Program-made: the position numbers and the translations under genes
The notes under the pieces: generated by a model
Told to the model about the DNA's origin: nothing
The model's input: only the letters and a program-made list of their open reading frames with translations
Database searches by the model: none
From: the human T2T-CHM13v2.0 reference genome, Homo sapiens
Direction: 5' to 3' (one strand)
Assembly (NCBI RefSeq): GCF_009914755.1
Contig: NC_060926.1
Length of the DNA stretch: 64,000 bases
Shown: piece by piece, positions 14,311 through 26,381 of the stretch
Numbering within the stretch: position 1 is the stretch's first letter
Layout: the number at the start of each line of letters is the position of its first letter

Positions 14311-15999
14311 ATAAATCATTACCCCATTATCAATATTTTAATAAATTGGATCCATGAACCAAATACAATGAGATTAAATCAATTAGTAATATGCAAATTT
14401 GTATTAAAATTACAAGAATTACTTGCACATTTGAGAAGAGGAGAGTCATGATTGTTTATCAGCAATAATAAACTATTAATTTTAATTGTCATCAGCTAAT
14501 TGAGATTAATTGCAATACATCATGCTTTATAATGTGACTGTCAAAAGGAAAATATGATTGTAATCTTATACTACATCTATCAATGTCTTTGATAGCCCCT
14601 AGTTTTCAAAGCCAACTGATGAGGCAGTGACATCTTATGCAAGTTTGCTGCTTTCTGCCACAGTGGTCCTTGGTCAGCTGGCACAAATTGTTTTACAAAC
14701 ACCACTAGGTCTAAAAAAAGTTTGGATCACAATGAACACAGAAACACCTTCATCCCTTCAGAAATACCTACCAATTACTTCCAATACAGAATGAAAAATT
14801 GACAACGGAACTATTTTGATTGTAAAAATGCCAGAGAGCTTGCATCTACATGAAAGAAAAATGCCATTTTTATTACAATAGATCATTGTTTTACATGAGT
14901 TTTGGTATAGCACAATGTTGAACCAAGGGCAAAGAAAGATGAATTAATGAAGTCTTAAGATATCAAGAATTTGAAAGAAAAGGCAGGTCATCTTTGAAGG
15001 TTAGTGACATAGCATTCATCTTCTGTTGTCATCTTTTCCGTCATTCCTTGTATGCCTGATGGACAGCTTTCTCTCAGGTTCAGAGAACAGTGTGCAAAGA
15101 TTAGCTACCAACTAATTTTTATGAAGTGAGCTTAATTTCTAGCCAGACTGAGCTTACGTTTTAGCAGGAAGAATTTTTGGGAAATGTTTGTTAGAGTTTG
15201 CCCTTCTTGACAAGGTGAGACATAAATGTCTACTTTATAGACATGAATTAAGATGGGAAGATATTTGGGGGAAACATTTTCTCAAATGTTAAATAACAAA
15301 GGTACACAAAGGGGAAATTATACTAGATTTATTTCCCACTTGTTTTCTATGTCTCATGCAATTCACCTTGATTCCCTTCAGTTTCTGTTTAATGTAGAAA
15401 GTGGCATTTTCATTATTTTAAGCTTCTACCACAGTGAAAGAATTTCTCTTTTTCATGAACTGCATCATAAATGAAAGGGAGGAAGAGTGTCCAATATCAT
15501 ATTTATTGTTCAACAAAACACTGCTCCACGGCTTAAATTCAGTTTAAAAAAGAGAATTTATTGAACATCTAACACATACATAAAAGGCAGTAAAGACAAA
15601 TGAGAAGAGGGCAGGATATTGAAGTATACAGACTTTAATGCTGAGTTTTGTATCTTAGTAAGTTACTGCACCTTACAGAGACTCAATTTCCCCTGATTTA
15701 GGAAGGCGATGCTAATGGGTATTGCATAGGTGTAAGTATAAAAATGTTGTATTTAAGAGAATCCCACAAGCTTGGTATAAGGCAGAAAATAAATAGATGT
15801 GACATGAATGAGTACTTTATTACATTTGTATGCTACCTGCAGACTAGAGGAAGAAAGAAACGCAGCCACTATACTTGATTAGCATTATATTCTAATTTGG
15901 AATGTAAAGAGAAAAGAGAAAAATAGAAAGCTATGCATAAACACATGCATTAAAATGAATTTTATGTGGACTCTTTCAGGAAAATGTTCCTAAGGTATT

Positions 16000-16650
16000 T
16001 TATTTTTTTATTGTGGTAAGATACATAAAACATAAAATGTACTCTGTTAAACATTTTAAGTGTACAGTTCAGTGGTACTAAATATAGTCATAACATTGTG
16101 CAGCCATCCCTACCATCCATCTCCATAATTCGTTTCATCTTGTAAAACTGAAACTATACCCATTAAACAATACTTCCCCATTTCTTCCTCCCCCCAGCTT
16201 CTGGCAACCATCATTGTACTATCTCTATGATTCTGTCCACTTCAAGTCCCTTATACATATGGAATTATACTGTATTTGTCCTTCACTGACTAACTTATTT
16301 CACTTGGCATAATATCCTCAAGTTTCATCCAAGTTGCAACATATGTCAGAATATTTCCCTCGTTTAAGGCTGAATAATTTTCCATTGTATGTATATATCA
16401 TGTTTTGCTCATCCATTCATCTGTTGTTGGACAGTTCAATTGCTTCTACGTTTTAGCTATTGCCAATAATGCTGCTGCAAACATGGATGTGCAAATATTT
16501 TTTCAAGACTCTGCTTTCAATTCTTTTGCTGTCTTGGGATGTGGGTCTGCTGAATCATAAGGCAATACCATTTTGATGTTTTGAGGAACTACCATACTCT
16601 TTTCCACAGCAAACATAGGGTTTGGCATTCCCTCCAATATTGCAAAAGGA
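16000..16650 (-). mobile_element. L1MB-type 3' end, antisense
   Basis: ttattgtggtaagatacataaaacataaaat...aagtgtacagttcagtgg...tcttgtaaaactgaaactatacccattaaacaa...ttgaggaactaccatactcttttccacagc. Confidence 0.8.
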
Positions 16651-18825
16651 ATCGCCACATCCTTGCCTGTGGATTTCATTCACAAGTCCTGTGGCTCTCT
16701 CTACATCCCAGCCACCATGTGTTATTTCCTGTTTATGTATATGACATCAAAGGTGCAGGAAGTAATGAACTAAATTGGAAGGATAAACATGTAGAAAAAT
16801 AGAGGTAAATACTGACTACATAAAACCATAAGAATAAGAATTTTGGATGATCTATTATATATCTATTTATCTAACATCTATTTGTTCCTCCATCTGTAAT
16901 GAAAATATTTTACAGTTAGAGAACAGAGAAAAAAGTAGGAATACATGAATTTAAATTTTAATTCTTCTCAGATTGTCTCACAGCATCATTATATGACAGA
17001 AAATTTATAGGTCAGTATCTGTTAACTATAAATGTAACATTCTTAAAGTATTCAAATACGTTGAATTACAGCATGAATAATATATTACGACCCATTCGAG
17101 TTTATTTTATTCCAGGAACACAAAAATACAAATTTCATTTGCAATTCAAGAAAAACAGAAATCGATACATATGATTGATGTATATACACATTTAATGTAT
17201 TTTTAAATATACATTTTTAAAAAATAGAAATTTTTCTAGGACAACTACTTAAAATATCACTGAAAATAGTGTTATTAGATAATACCTTCCTAATAACTCT
17301 GGTATTACATAAGAAAAGAAAATTAAAATTTCAGATAAGCTTAGAAACTAAAAATTTTAAAAATATTATTCTGTTCTCCATATGTTCATATTTAATATTA
17401 TTTCTTGTTTTCTTTCTTCTTCAGTGTTGCTCTACTAAAATACAGCATACAATAGTTACTTTTGATTTCTGTTCTTATTACTCAAAATTGTATACTTTTT
17501 CTCATGCTCTAAATGTAGTTATGATACTTTTCTTCACTCTTGGAATTTTCACATTTGTGTTCACTCTCTTTTGAGTTCCCATAGTATCAAATAAGCTTTT
17601 TTCCCTCTTTCTGATTTGAAGGTTCATCTTCTCATAATTATTTTGTCCACTCAGTTTCTTTTCATTCTTAGTTAAGTGCCTCTCATCTGGCTTCTTTTCA
17701 TCTGTAAGGTTTCCTTTCGTCTTAAGGCAGTCTTTTATTTATATTTTGATTCTGTTTTGTGGAGGACATGCTTCCCTGAATTTTAAGGAAGAGGCCAAAA
17801 GGTTTGTTCAAGTTTTTACCTGATACATTGGATTAAATTATCTAATGTGCACACTTTTAATTTAAGTCTAGGGGCAACTGTCTACTCTCGATTTTGTATA
17901 GTATTATTTTTCTTAACATCCAAGTCCATCTTCATCTATTTGTATATGATCAATAAAAAAATATTTGTCCAGAACCCTGCTTTGGTGGAGTTACTTCTTT
18001 CTAAGTAGGAGAGGTAGCAGTTGAGACATGATCTGGGTTCTGGGTCAGTTTAGAGGGCTGGGCGACATTCCTCCTTTTGGTCTGTATGACTGAATGAATG
18101 CGGTTCTTGCTGTCTCGCTCCTCTCCTTAACACATTGAGCCATTGCAGCAGATGAGAAGGAATAATCCTGATCTGCCATTGAGGTGGAACACATGTTCTC
18201 TCCAACCACATCCATAGGTTGTACTCACACTCGGCCAGAATGTATCCTGTCAATGATATGGAGATGTATCTAGCTATCTAGATAGATATCTACTTTGGTT
18301 TATGCTCTCTGGTTGCCCGTAAATTATCTCCTTAAAGTGAATATCAAAAGAGAGCTTGGTGATGGCAGTGTTATAAAATCCTTAAAATGCAGCACCCACA
18401 CCCAGAGGAATTTGTAGATTCTGGGATTCTAATTCAGATACCAAACTATATAAAAGGGGAATTGGTCATTGAGGGTTGCTAGGCTCTTTGTGGAGCATAT
18501 TTGCTCTTTTCATGACTTTGAAATTATCTTAAAAATCTAACCTTTTTCTCAGTGTGCTGCAAGATGATTTGATTTGAATGCATAAGCACTAATTCTCCCC
18601 TAAGATTTGTACAATATATTTGCTCTGACAAGCCATAGCCAGCAACTCACTTCACAGCAATTTATAGCATTTCCACGATAAGTTGAATTATTTTTAACTA
18701 GACTCTCTTTGCCTTAATAAAAATATGAAGAAGCAATATACTTGTTCTAGTTAGGTTCAAAAGTTGGCAGTCTCTCTCCTGGAAAGACTAATAAAACTTT
18801 TCAGCGGCCTAATATGCATCTATAG

Positions 18826-18851
18826 ACACACACACACACACACACACACAC
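18826..18851. repeat. (CA)n microsatellite
   Basis: About 13 CA units. Confidence 0.9.
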
Positions 18852-20623
18852 GCAAGCACTATTCATAATATTTAAAGCACATTCTGTTCTATGACTTCAT
18901 TTGTCTAGCACAAAATAAAACGATCTCAGTATATGTCAAGTACCAATTTTTTCATATGGCCAATTATAGATATTTTATTTTTTAAAGATTAGAGTGTTCT
19001 TGAAGCTCTTTATATTTCTTTGTCAATGAACTAAACATTGGCAAATATGTAGGGTTGTCCACATAAGAACATTATTAACATCCAAATAGAAAGCTGGTGG
19101 TAGAAATAATGATTGGGAACACAGAGTCTCTACTCAGCGTTCTACTTCTGCCATACCATAAATTTGTGATCTCACGAAATATCTCTCCATGTTGTCATCC
19201 CTATGTATAGTTCTGTCATTTTTCAATAAGAGCTTTTTGCTTAATTATGAAGTACTAGTTACTATAACCATTATTTTGAGCTTCATGTAAATCAAGAACA
19301 CATGGACTCCACTTGCAAAACATTGAAAATGTAGTTAGGGATTGGGGGCATAAAGCAACATTTTAAAATGTGTAAAGACAATGAGTAAGCAACAAAGTGT
19401 CCAGTTTTTTAGGGGAAAGTTGCATACGTTAGGAAAAGGCAGGATTAAGTAACAGAGAATTTGAATGATAACTGGCCAATTGGTGTCATTTACAGTTGCA
19501 AGTCATACAAATGAAGTTTGCTTTTTTAAAGAGAAAAGGAGTTAGTTAGAATGGGTCAACCTACTGGGGAAGCAATGTAGTTAGAGACAATGTTCAAAAC
19601 CATGTGAGCAAATGCTCTGTAGAGCGCACCCCTGCAATGCTGCCATTGTGAGGCCAAGTCTCTCCTTGTCTTCGTACTGAGCACTCCATTCTGCCTCCAT
19701 CATTGCCACTGTAGCTGCCACAAAATGATCCCTCAACCACCGCTGCCCAGGAACAAAGAAAGAATTCTGTCCTTCCGCGCTCTCAGATCAATTTCCAACA
19801 TCAGGTGAGACTTTGATGGTCACTATTCAGTTCTCATATCCCTGAAATAGATGCAGTAAAAACATAGAAATTGCCTATGTGTTTCCCAATAAGACACATA
19901 TGGAAGCCTGTTTTCCCACAACAGGAAGGGGTTTCCACAATGGGTGTTCAAAGGAACAATATTCCCTGTAAACCATACTTTGCCCATATGAAGAAAAGCA
20001 ATAAGGATTATTTAGTAAATAGACATGGAAACTCATCCAGGGTTGGCTGATGAGAAGCTGGTTAGCAAGGGGGTCTGCCTTCAGTTAGGACAAGGTCTGT
20101 GCTTCCCACGGGTTCTCTCCACAGCAGGAGGGATGCAAACTTCCCTTTCCTCCCCTGCACCTACCCTCAAATGGCCCAGAGGTCTTCAGGTGCTAGAATT
20201 TCTCAATTAATGCTGCACAAAATAACAGGCAGCCTTGACTGTCACAGTCTGTTCTCATGAAGCTAGTCTCTGCTCACTACATAAAACAGGAGAGTAAGAA
20301 CAAGGGTGTTTAACGCTACCCTAGCTCAAACAAGTTTCTTTCTGTAGGATGCCAAGAACCTGGGAACCAGTGCATCTGCTGCTTTCCCTTCTCGGATTCT
20401 AGCCCAGACAAAAGAGGCAAGGGGCATTTCTTCAGAGGTCTTGAGCTTCACTACACAATGCCCCAGGCTCTACATGCACCCTCTTTATATATTTCTACCT
20501 TGAAAAAAATTTTTATATAATATTAATAATATATATTTTTATATAAGTAACACATATGTTTATTTTATAGATAGATATAGATATACATAGATAAAGATCT
20601 CTAGTCAGCCTTTTTTAAGGCTG

Positions 20624-20910
20624 GGCTGATCGCGGTGCCTCAAAACTATAATCCCAGCACTTTGGGAGGCCAAGGTGGCCAGATCTCTTGAGTCCAGGAG
20701 TTGGAGATCAGCCAGGGCAACATGGTGAAACCCCATCTTTACAAAAATTAGCTAGTATGGTGTCATGCACTTGCAGTCCCTGCTACTCAGGAGACTGAGG
20801 TGGGAGAATCGCTTGAGCACAGTATGTGAAGGCTTCAGTGAGCTCTGATCACATGACTGCACTCCATCTTGGGTGACAAAGTGAGACCCTCTCTCAAAAT
20901 AAAATAAAAA
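20624..20910 (+). mobile_element. AluJ element
   Basis: Diverged dimeric Alu with gatctcttgagtccaggagtt and gtgagaccctctctcaaaataaaataaaa. Confidence 0.9.
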
Positions 20911-21935
20911 GGCTACCACCATACTCACAGATAAGTGTGTCAGGTATATTTGCAGCTATCTTTCCTATATTCTATTTGGTAAAAAAAAAAAAATTGCAAA
21001 GAACTCGTCTCATTCTAGATTTTTGTATTAATTAGATATTTGAAGTTTATAGCAGAAGAGCTATAATCATGTTTGGTATGTGTACTCTATAGACCAGATA
21101 GTGCCAACAGATATCAATGCTTTTTAAAAGTATATAAGGTTATTACAAATATTTTAAACTACCTATAGGTATATATCTATCTAATTGAACTATCAAATGC
21201 AAGTAAGATCATTTCCTTAGCGTGTGAAATCCACTCAATTTATTAAAATATTTTCTAATGTCTATTACAATAATGTTTCTTAATTAGCTAACATAAGAGG
21301 AGTTTTAAGACATTTATTTATATGTACTTACTAGATTCAAACTCGATTCCACTATTTTCAGAAATCATGCTCCGAGACAAGTCCTTTTTTTATCTATGTT
21401 TCTGCCTATATTAAAAGACAGATATGTCAATTTTGCTAGTCATGCTGTTCCAAACGTCTCCATCCTATTTTTCGGTTTGTTCTACTAGTCATTCGGAGAC
21501 TTACTTATATTCAAATTTCTCTCTAGGTTTAACATTTGTGTATGTCTTCTTGTGGTTTTGTCTATTTTTGCTGTATATAATTTAAGACATTTATTGACAT
21601 ATCATACATGCAGAAAAGTACAATGATTAAATATGGATAGCTTCATTAATGAAACACATGTATTTGCTTATAACCATGTATGAAAATAGAATATTACTAA
21701 AAATAGTGATACTTCTCCTGCCCCTTTCCAAACACTAACCCTCATCCTCAATAGCAACAGATTTTTTTTATCAGAGTAATTTGGTCTATTTTCAAATTTT
21801 TATTAAATAAATCAGAGTATCTACTCTAAGTCTATGTTTCTTTCATTGTTGTTATTTTGCTTATAGTATTTATCTGCTAATGGACATGGTAGATTAAAGA
21901 CGGCTACATACACATTTTTTAATTAATAGATTTTT

Positions 21936-22070
21936 TGAGCACTTTGTGGCTCATGCCTCTAATCCCATCACTTTGGGAGGCTGAGGTGCGTGGATCATGA
22001 GGTCAGGAGATCGAGACCATCCTGGCCAACGTGGTAAAACCCCTTCTCTACTAAAATACAAAAAATTAGC
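21936..22070 (+). mobile_element. AluS (Sc-like) left monomer, truncated at the central A-rich linker
   Basis: gtggctcatgcc...ggatcatgaggtcaggagatcgagaccatcctggccaac...tacaaaaaattagc, followed by non-Alu sequence; right arm and poly(A) are missing. Confidence 0.88.
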
Positions 22071-22082
22071 TGATAGATAACA

Positions 22083-22224
22083 TCAAGATAACATCTGGGT
22101 TCTTAGCTGCACTGAGTCAAGCCTACTTACATCTTTGTTTGTCTTCCTCTGCACTTTTCCTTCCACATCACACTTCAGGAATGCCAAGCTGTGCTGGCCT
22201 TCTACCCCATTTCCACTGTTTTGC
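22083..22224 (+). repeat. Unique 142-bp leader, copy 1 (paralog of 56691-56832)
   Basis: tcaagataacatctgggttctt...gagtcaagcctacttacatc...gccaagctgtg...ggccttctaccccat...ttttgc aligns without gaps to 56691-56832, about 16 mismatches by eye. Confidence 0.95.
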
Positions 22225-23222
22225 ACCCGCAGACGCGGCTTTTTGCCGCCATGGATTTTTGCCCCCGCCACTGCGGGTTTTTGCGACTTTTTGCCCCCGC
22301 CGCCGTTGCTTTCTGCCCCCGCCACCGCGGCTTTCTGCCCCTGCCACCGCGGCTTTCTGCCCCCGGCCTCGCGGAATTTAGCCCCTGCCGCCGTGGCTTT
22401 TTGGGGCTCTTTGCCCTCGCCGCCGCGGCTTTTTGCTGCCGCGGCTTTTTGCGTCTTTCTCCCCCCGCCGCGGCGGCTTTTTTCCCCCTGCTGCCGCAGC
22501 TTTTTGCCCCCGCCACCGCGACTTTTTCCGCCGCGGCTTTTTATGGCTTTTGGCCCCCGGCGCCGCGGCTTTTTGCGGCTTTTTGCCGCCGCGGGTTTTT
22601 CCTGCCGCGGCTTCTTGCCCCCACCGCCCGGGCTTTTTGCGCCGCGGCTTTTTGCTGCTATTTGTCCCTGCCACCGCGGCGTTTTGCCCCCGCAGCCGCG
22701 GCTCCTTGCCCCCTACGCGGCTTCCTGCCTCCGCCACCGTGGCTTTTTATCACCCCAGCCGCTTTTTGAACCCCCCGCCGCGGGTTTTTGCCGCCGCGGC
22801 TTCTTGCCCCCCTCGCCGCGGCTTTTTACCCCCACAGCGGCGGCTTTCTGCCCCTGCCTCTGAGGGTTTTTGCGGCTTTATGTCCCCGCTGTCGTGGCTT
22901 TTTGCCGCCGCGGCTTTTGGCCCCCTCCGCCGCGGCTTTTTGCGGCTTTTGGCACCCAACGCCGCGGCTTTTTGGGGCTTTTGGTCCCCGCCACCGGGGC
23001 TTTTTTCCCCCACCGCCGCAGGTTTTTCCCGCCCCTGCTTTTTGCCCCCGCCACCGCGGCTTCTTACCCCCGCCACCGCGACTTTTTGCCCCCGCCGTCG
23101 CGGCTTTTTGCCCCCGACGCTGCGGCTTTTTACGGCTTTTTGCCTCCGCCGCCGCGGCTTTTGCCCCCGCCACCGCGGCTTGTTGCCCCCATCACCGCGG
23201 CTTTTTGCCCCCACCGCCGCGG
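22225..23222 (+). repeat. GC-rich pericentromeric tandem array (GCCGCGGCTTTTTGCCCC)n, i.e. GGGCAAAAAGCCG-type on the minus strand, copy 1
   Basis: Degenerate ~14-25-bp units, each CCGCGG plus CTTTTT plus GCCCCC; very CpG-dense. Confidence 0.92.
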
Positions 23223-23374
23223 GTCTGAGGGCGGGATCGGCAGACTCGGCTGCCAGCTCTACCGGCGTCCTGGCTAAGGCAGCGCCGAGGGGCGCTCCTT
23301 GTCCAGCTCTCCTGGTTCGGGCGTTCCTTGCCTAGACGCTGGCGCCCCGGGCTCTGCTCCTGGGCCGCTGCAGC

Positions 23375-23605
23375 CTGCATAGAGCAGCGCTGCGCTCGGC
23401 CGCGTTGGGAGAGAAGAAGGAGGGCGGTGGCGGGGGTGACGCGGCTATCGCGGAGGGAGGTGCAGGGGCCGCGGCCAGCCGGACACTGCAGCAGTGCGGG
23501 CAGCTCCAGAAGCTCATCGGCATCTCCGTTGGCAGCCTGCGCGGGCTGCGCACCAAGTGCGCTGTGTCCAAGGACCTCACCCAGCAGGAGATACGGACCG
23601 TGGAG
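23375..23605 (+). pseudogene. KSR1P1: Unprocessed KSR1 (kinase suppressor of Ras 1) pseudogene fragment: coding exon 1 (N-terminal CC-SAM/CA1 region); KSR1P1-like, exact paralog uncertain
   Basis: 77 codons read [77 protein letters not shown], against recalled KSR1 [29 protein letters not shown]...QEIRTLE. Met1 and Met11 positions are CTG and TTG; the exon ends at GAG|GTAAGG; no exon 2 was found. Confidence 0.93.
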
Positions 23606-23611
23606 GTAAGG
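23606..23611 (+). other. 5' splice donor of the KSR1 exon-1 copy (GAG|GTAAGG)
   Basis: Near-consensus donor exactly where KSR1 protein similarity stops (phase 0). Confidence 0.85.
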
Positions 23612-23914
23612 GGGTCGGGGACCAGGGCTGGGCTCCAGCACCGGAATGGACACCTCCCTCTGGGCCCCAGTTCACTCCTGGCCGAGTTGCATCCTTGAGC
23701 CCACATCACCCCCTTGGAGGCTTCTCCTCCCTCCTGCACTCGCTGATGCGGCAGCCAGAGGACCCGGGACCAGCCCTCACCTTGGGCAGGATTTGTGGGG
23801 CGGGTGCGTGTTGGGAACTGTGATGGAGGCTCGAGGGTCCCGTGGGCGGGGTGGGCTGCGCGCGGACATCCCCTTACCCCCCGATTTTCCATCTGGTGCA
23901 GCCCTCTCATCTTG

Positions 23915-23960
23915 TAGGTGAGGAAACCGAAGGCCTGAGGGAGAAATGACTTGCCAGGAA
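23915..23960. mobile_element. MIR core fragment
   Basis: gtaggtgaggaaaccgaaggcctgagggagaaatgacttgcc resembles the MIR core (gatgaggaaactgaggc...agtgacttgccc). Confidence 0.55.
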
Positions 23961-24422
23961 CCCCTGTTAAGGAGAATTAACAAAGAGTGGTTATTAAAGG
24001 AGCACTGAGTCAGACCTGGAGGCCCACTCGCTTGGTTAAGACATTATACCACCTTGAGTCTGGCCTGTTGACTGAGGGTGAGCCACTCCATCCTCGTCTG
24101 ATTGTGGGGTCTTGACCTCAAGGGGTTTCGTGCAGGAAGAAGCAAATGGGTTTGCCTCTCTAGCTCTGTCCAGTACCTTAGGGACCCTGAGAACTGGAGA
24201 GATTCTTGGAGAGCTATCTGGTGTATGTCATGGGTGGGCCTTGTTTGAAGGTCAGTCTGCCCAGTGGGCTGGCTCAGCCCAAATGAACTCTCTTGAATCT
24301 TTGGAGTTGTCTGTGTACTTTTAAGGGTTTCTCATCCTTGCACCAAAAGATCCCCTGGAAATCAGGTGGGAAAACCTTAACTTTTGTGGAGCCTTGTATT
24401 TGTCTTAAAAGTTCATGCACGT

Positions 24423-24686
24423 GGCCAGGTGTGGTGGCTCACGCCTGTTATCCTGTCCTGGATCCCTTGAGTCAAGGAGTTTGAGACCAAACTGGACAAT
24501 ATAGTGAGACCCCATCTCTACAAAAAATAAAATATTAGCCAGGAGTGGTTGTGCGCATCTGTAGTCCTAGCTACTACTGTGGCTGAGGTGGGAGGAGCAC
24601 TTGAGCCTGCACTGAGCTGTGATCTCACCAGTGTATTCCAGCCTGGGCCAAAGAGCAACACCTTGACTGAAAAAAAAAAAAAAAAA
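24423..24686 (+). mobile_element. AluJ element with a small deletion in the left arm
   Basis: ggccaggtgtggtggctcacgcctg...gtgagaccccatctctacaaaaaat...ccagcctgggc...poly(A). Confidence 0.9.
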
Positions 24687-24807
24687 CCAACAAGAAAAAT
24701 TCTTGAAGATTTTGCATTCTGTCTCACTATCCATTGGTTTTCATGTCAAGATAATGTCAGAAATTCTTTACAATTGCTTCCAGAAGGAGTAGCCTTTTGA
24801 TCTAGTG

Positions 24808-25000
24808 CACAGGTGTCCAGTCTTTTGGCTTCTCAGGGCCACATTGGAAGAAGAATGCTCCTGGGCCACAGATAAAATACACTACTGCTAATGATAGCTG
24901 ATGAGCTTAAAAAAAAAAAAGGTTTCTGCATAATTTTCATGATACCCACCACCACAGATAGGCTGGAAAGTCCTTGTAGTCAAAGGGTTGGACACGGCTG
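24808..25000 (+). mobile_element. MER30B hAT-Charlie DNA transposon with perfect 8-bp TSD
   Basis: ggtgtccagtcttttggcttc...gatagctgatgagc...caaagggttggacacggctg, flanked by ATCTAGTG at 24800-24807 and 25001-25008. Confidence 0.9.
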
Positions 25001-25364
25001 ATCTAGTGTCTTTTCGTCCGTTTTGGCTTCCTCCCTGACTCCAGAATGCAGGTAGAGATGTAGAGACGTGCTCTCAGGACAGCTGTTGAGATAAAAAAAA
25101 TTCGTTGTCATTTATTCCCAAGGAAAGCTGTTTGTCATTTGCATTGAAAAAGTCTCCATTCAAACGCTGTGACATATAAAATCTATTTATATGTCTGTAT
25201 GTTTCTGTTGTCTTGGCTTTTGTGGGCAGTAGTGTGTTTTAACCGAGCAAACTCTCCTTCCAAATAATGAAGCCGAAGTCAGCCTACCTGCTTGCCATCT
25301 TTCTTCCCCTTCCATTTTTCTAACCCCAGGATAATTGTAAGAATGAATTAAGATTTGTGTTTAA

Positions 25365-25510
25365 GGCCGGGCACAGTGTCTCAGGCCTGTAATCTCAGCA
25401 CTTTGGGAGGCAGAGACGGATGTATCGCTTGAGCTCAGGAGTTGAAGACCAGCCTGGGCAACATACTGAGACTCCGTCTTATATAATTAAATTAAAATTT
25501 AAAAAAAGGA
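25365..25510 (+). mobile_element. FLAM_C / free left Alu monomer
   Basis: Single monomer ending gagactccgtct plus A-rich tail; tgtgtttaa is repeated on both sides (TSD remnant). Confidence 0.8.
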
Positions 25511-26381
25511 GAGAAAAGGACCTGTGTTTAAAATTTAAAAAAAGAGAAAATGTAATGCAACATGTGGACTATGGTAGCTATGATTAGGAAAAATAATTTT
25601 TCATACAGCATTATCTGTTGACTTGTATTAGCAGCATACTGGTCATAAGCGTTTTGCTTTCATCAAATATGATGAGGTAAGCTACTTTAAAGTGTGGTGG
25701 GGCTTTCTTCTGCATGGCTCCTGGAGGTGTTGAGTCCCAGTTTAGCCAATTAATTTGGGTTTAGTTTTGATATGGATAAGGGACACCAGCTTCATTCATG
25801 ATGCACACACAGTTTTGCCAGTAAGGGAAAAAAAAAGCAACCTGAATGTTCCTACTCATTAGATGCTATCTGGAGAGCTCCTACACCAATGCCACAGAGG
25901 CCCAGGCCCTTAAAAAGACTCAATGCAGCCTTTCTGTATCTCATACTGTATTCTACAAGATACTCCTGTGAAAGAATGTTGTGCTGCATCAGCCATCTCC
26001 CTCCTGAAGATCCCTGCGGATGAGGATTTGTGTTTTAAAGGTTCTCAGAAGTCCTGCAACAAGAGTTCTCAAACTTATTTGTCCAGGGGATCTTTTCTTC
26101 CACTGAACATAGTTGGGGAGACACAGCCTTAAGCCTTGAGCAGAGAAAGAGACAAGAAACTGTTGGCTCACATACAACCAAGTGTTGTGTTTATGTTTTA
26201 GGTTTTTATGAAACTGAGGTGCTGTTTGAGGTTCTGAATCAAACTGGGTGGTTGAAGAGAGGCTGGTATCCCTGCAGACTTAGCCAGCGATGAGAGGTTG
26301 ACTTTTGTTGAAGGAGGTGTTTTACAAAGGGAAATAGGGTGTCTCCTGGGCATCACATTAGCACTTAAATACATGTATCAC

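Larger units (their letters stand above)
22230..23900. promoter_or_regulatory. CpG island made of the GC array plus the KSR1-derived promoter, 5'UTR and exon 1
   Basis: Very high GC and CpG density against AT-rich, CpG-poor flanks; GC box GGGCGGG near 23229. Activity is not demonstrated. Confidence 0.65.

Noticed and set aside
22083-23222. Leader plus repeat array resembling a CRISPR locus
   Set aside because: Units are degenerate, variable in length and lack unique spacers; there are no cas genes; the context is primate DNA with Alu and L1.
22083-23335. Long overlapping Pro/Arg/Ala/Phe-rich ORFs up to 300 aa, including a perfect-Kozak GCCGCCATGG at 22245-22254
   Set aside because: The repeat nearly lacks A on the + strand, so stops are rare in all six frames. 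The ATG is absent from copy 2 and there is no independent sign of coding.
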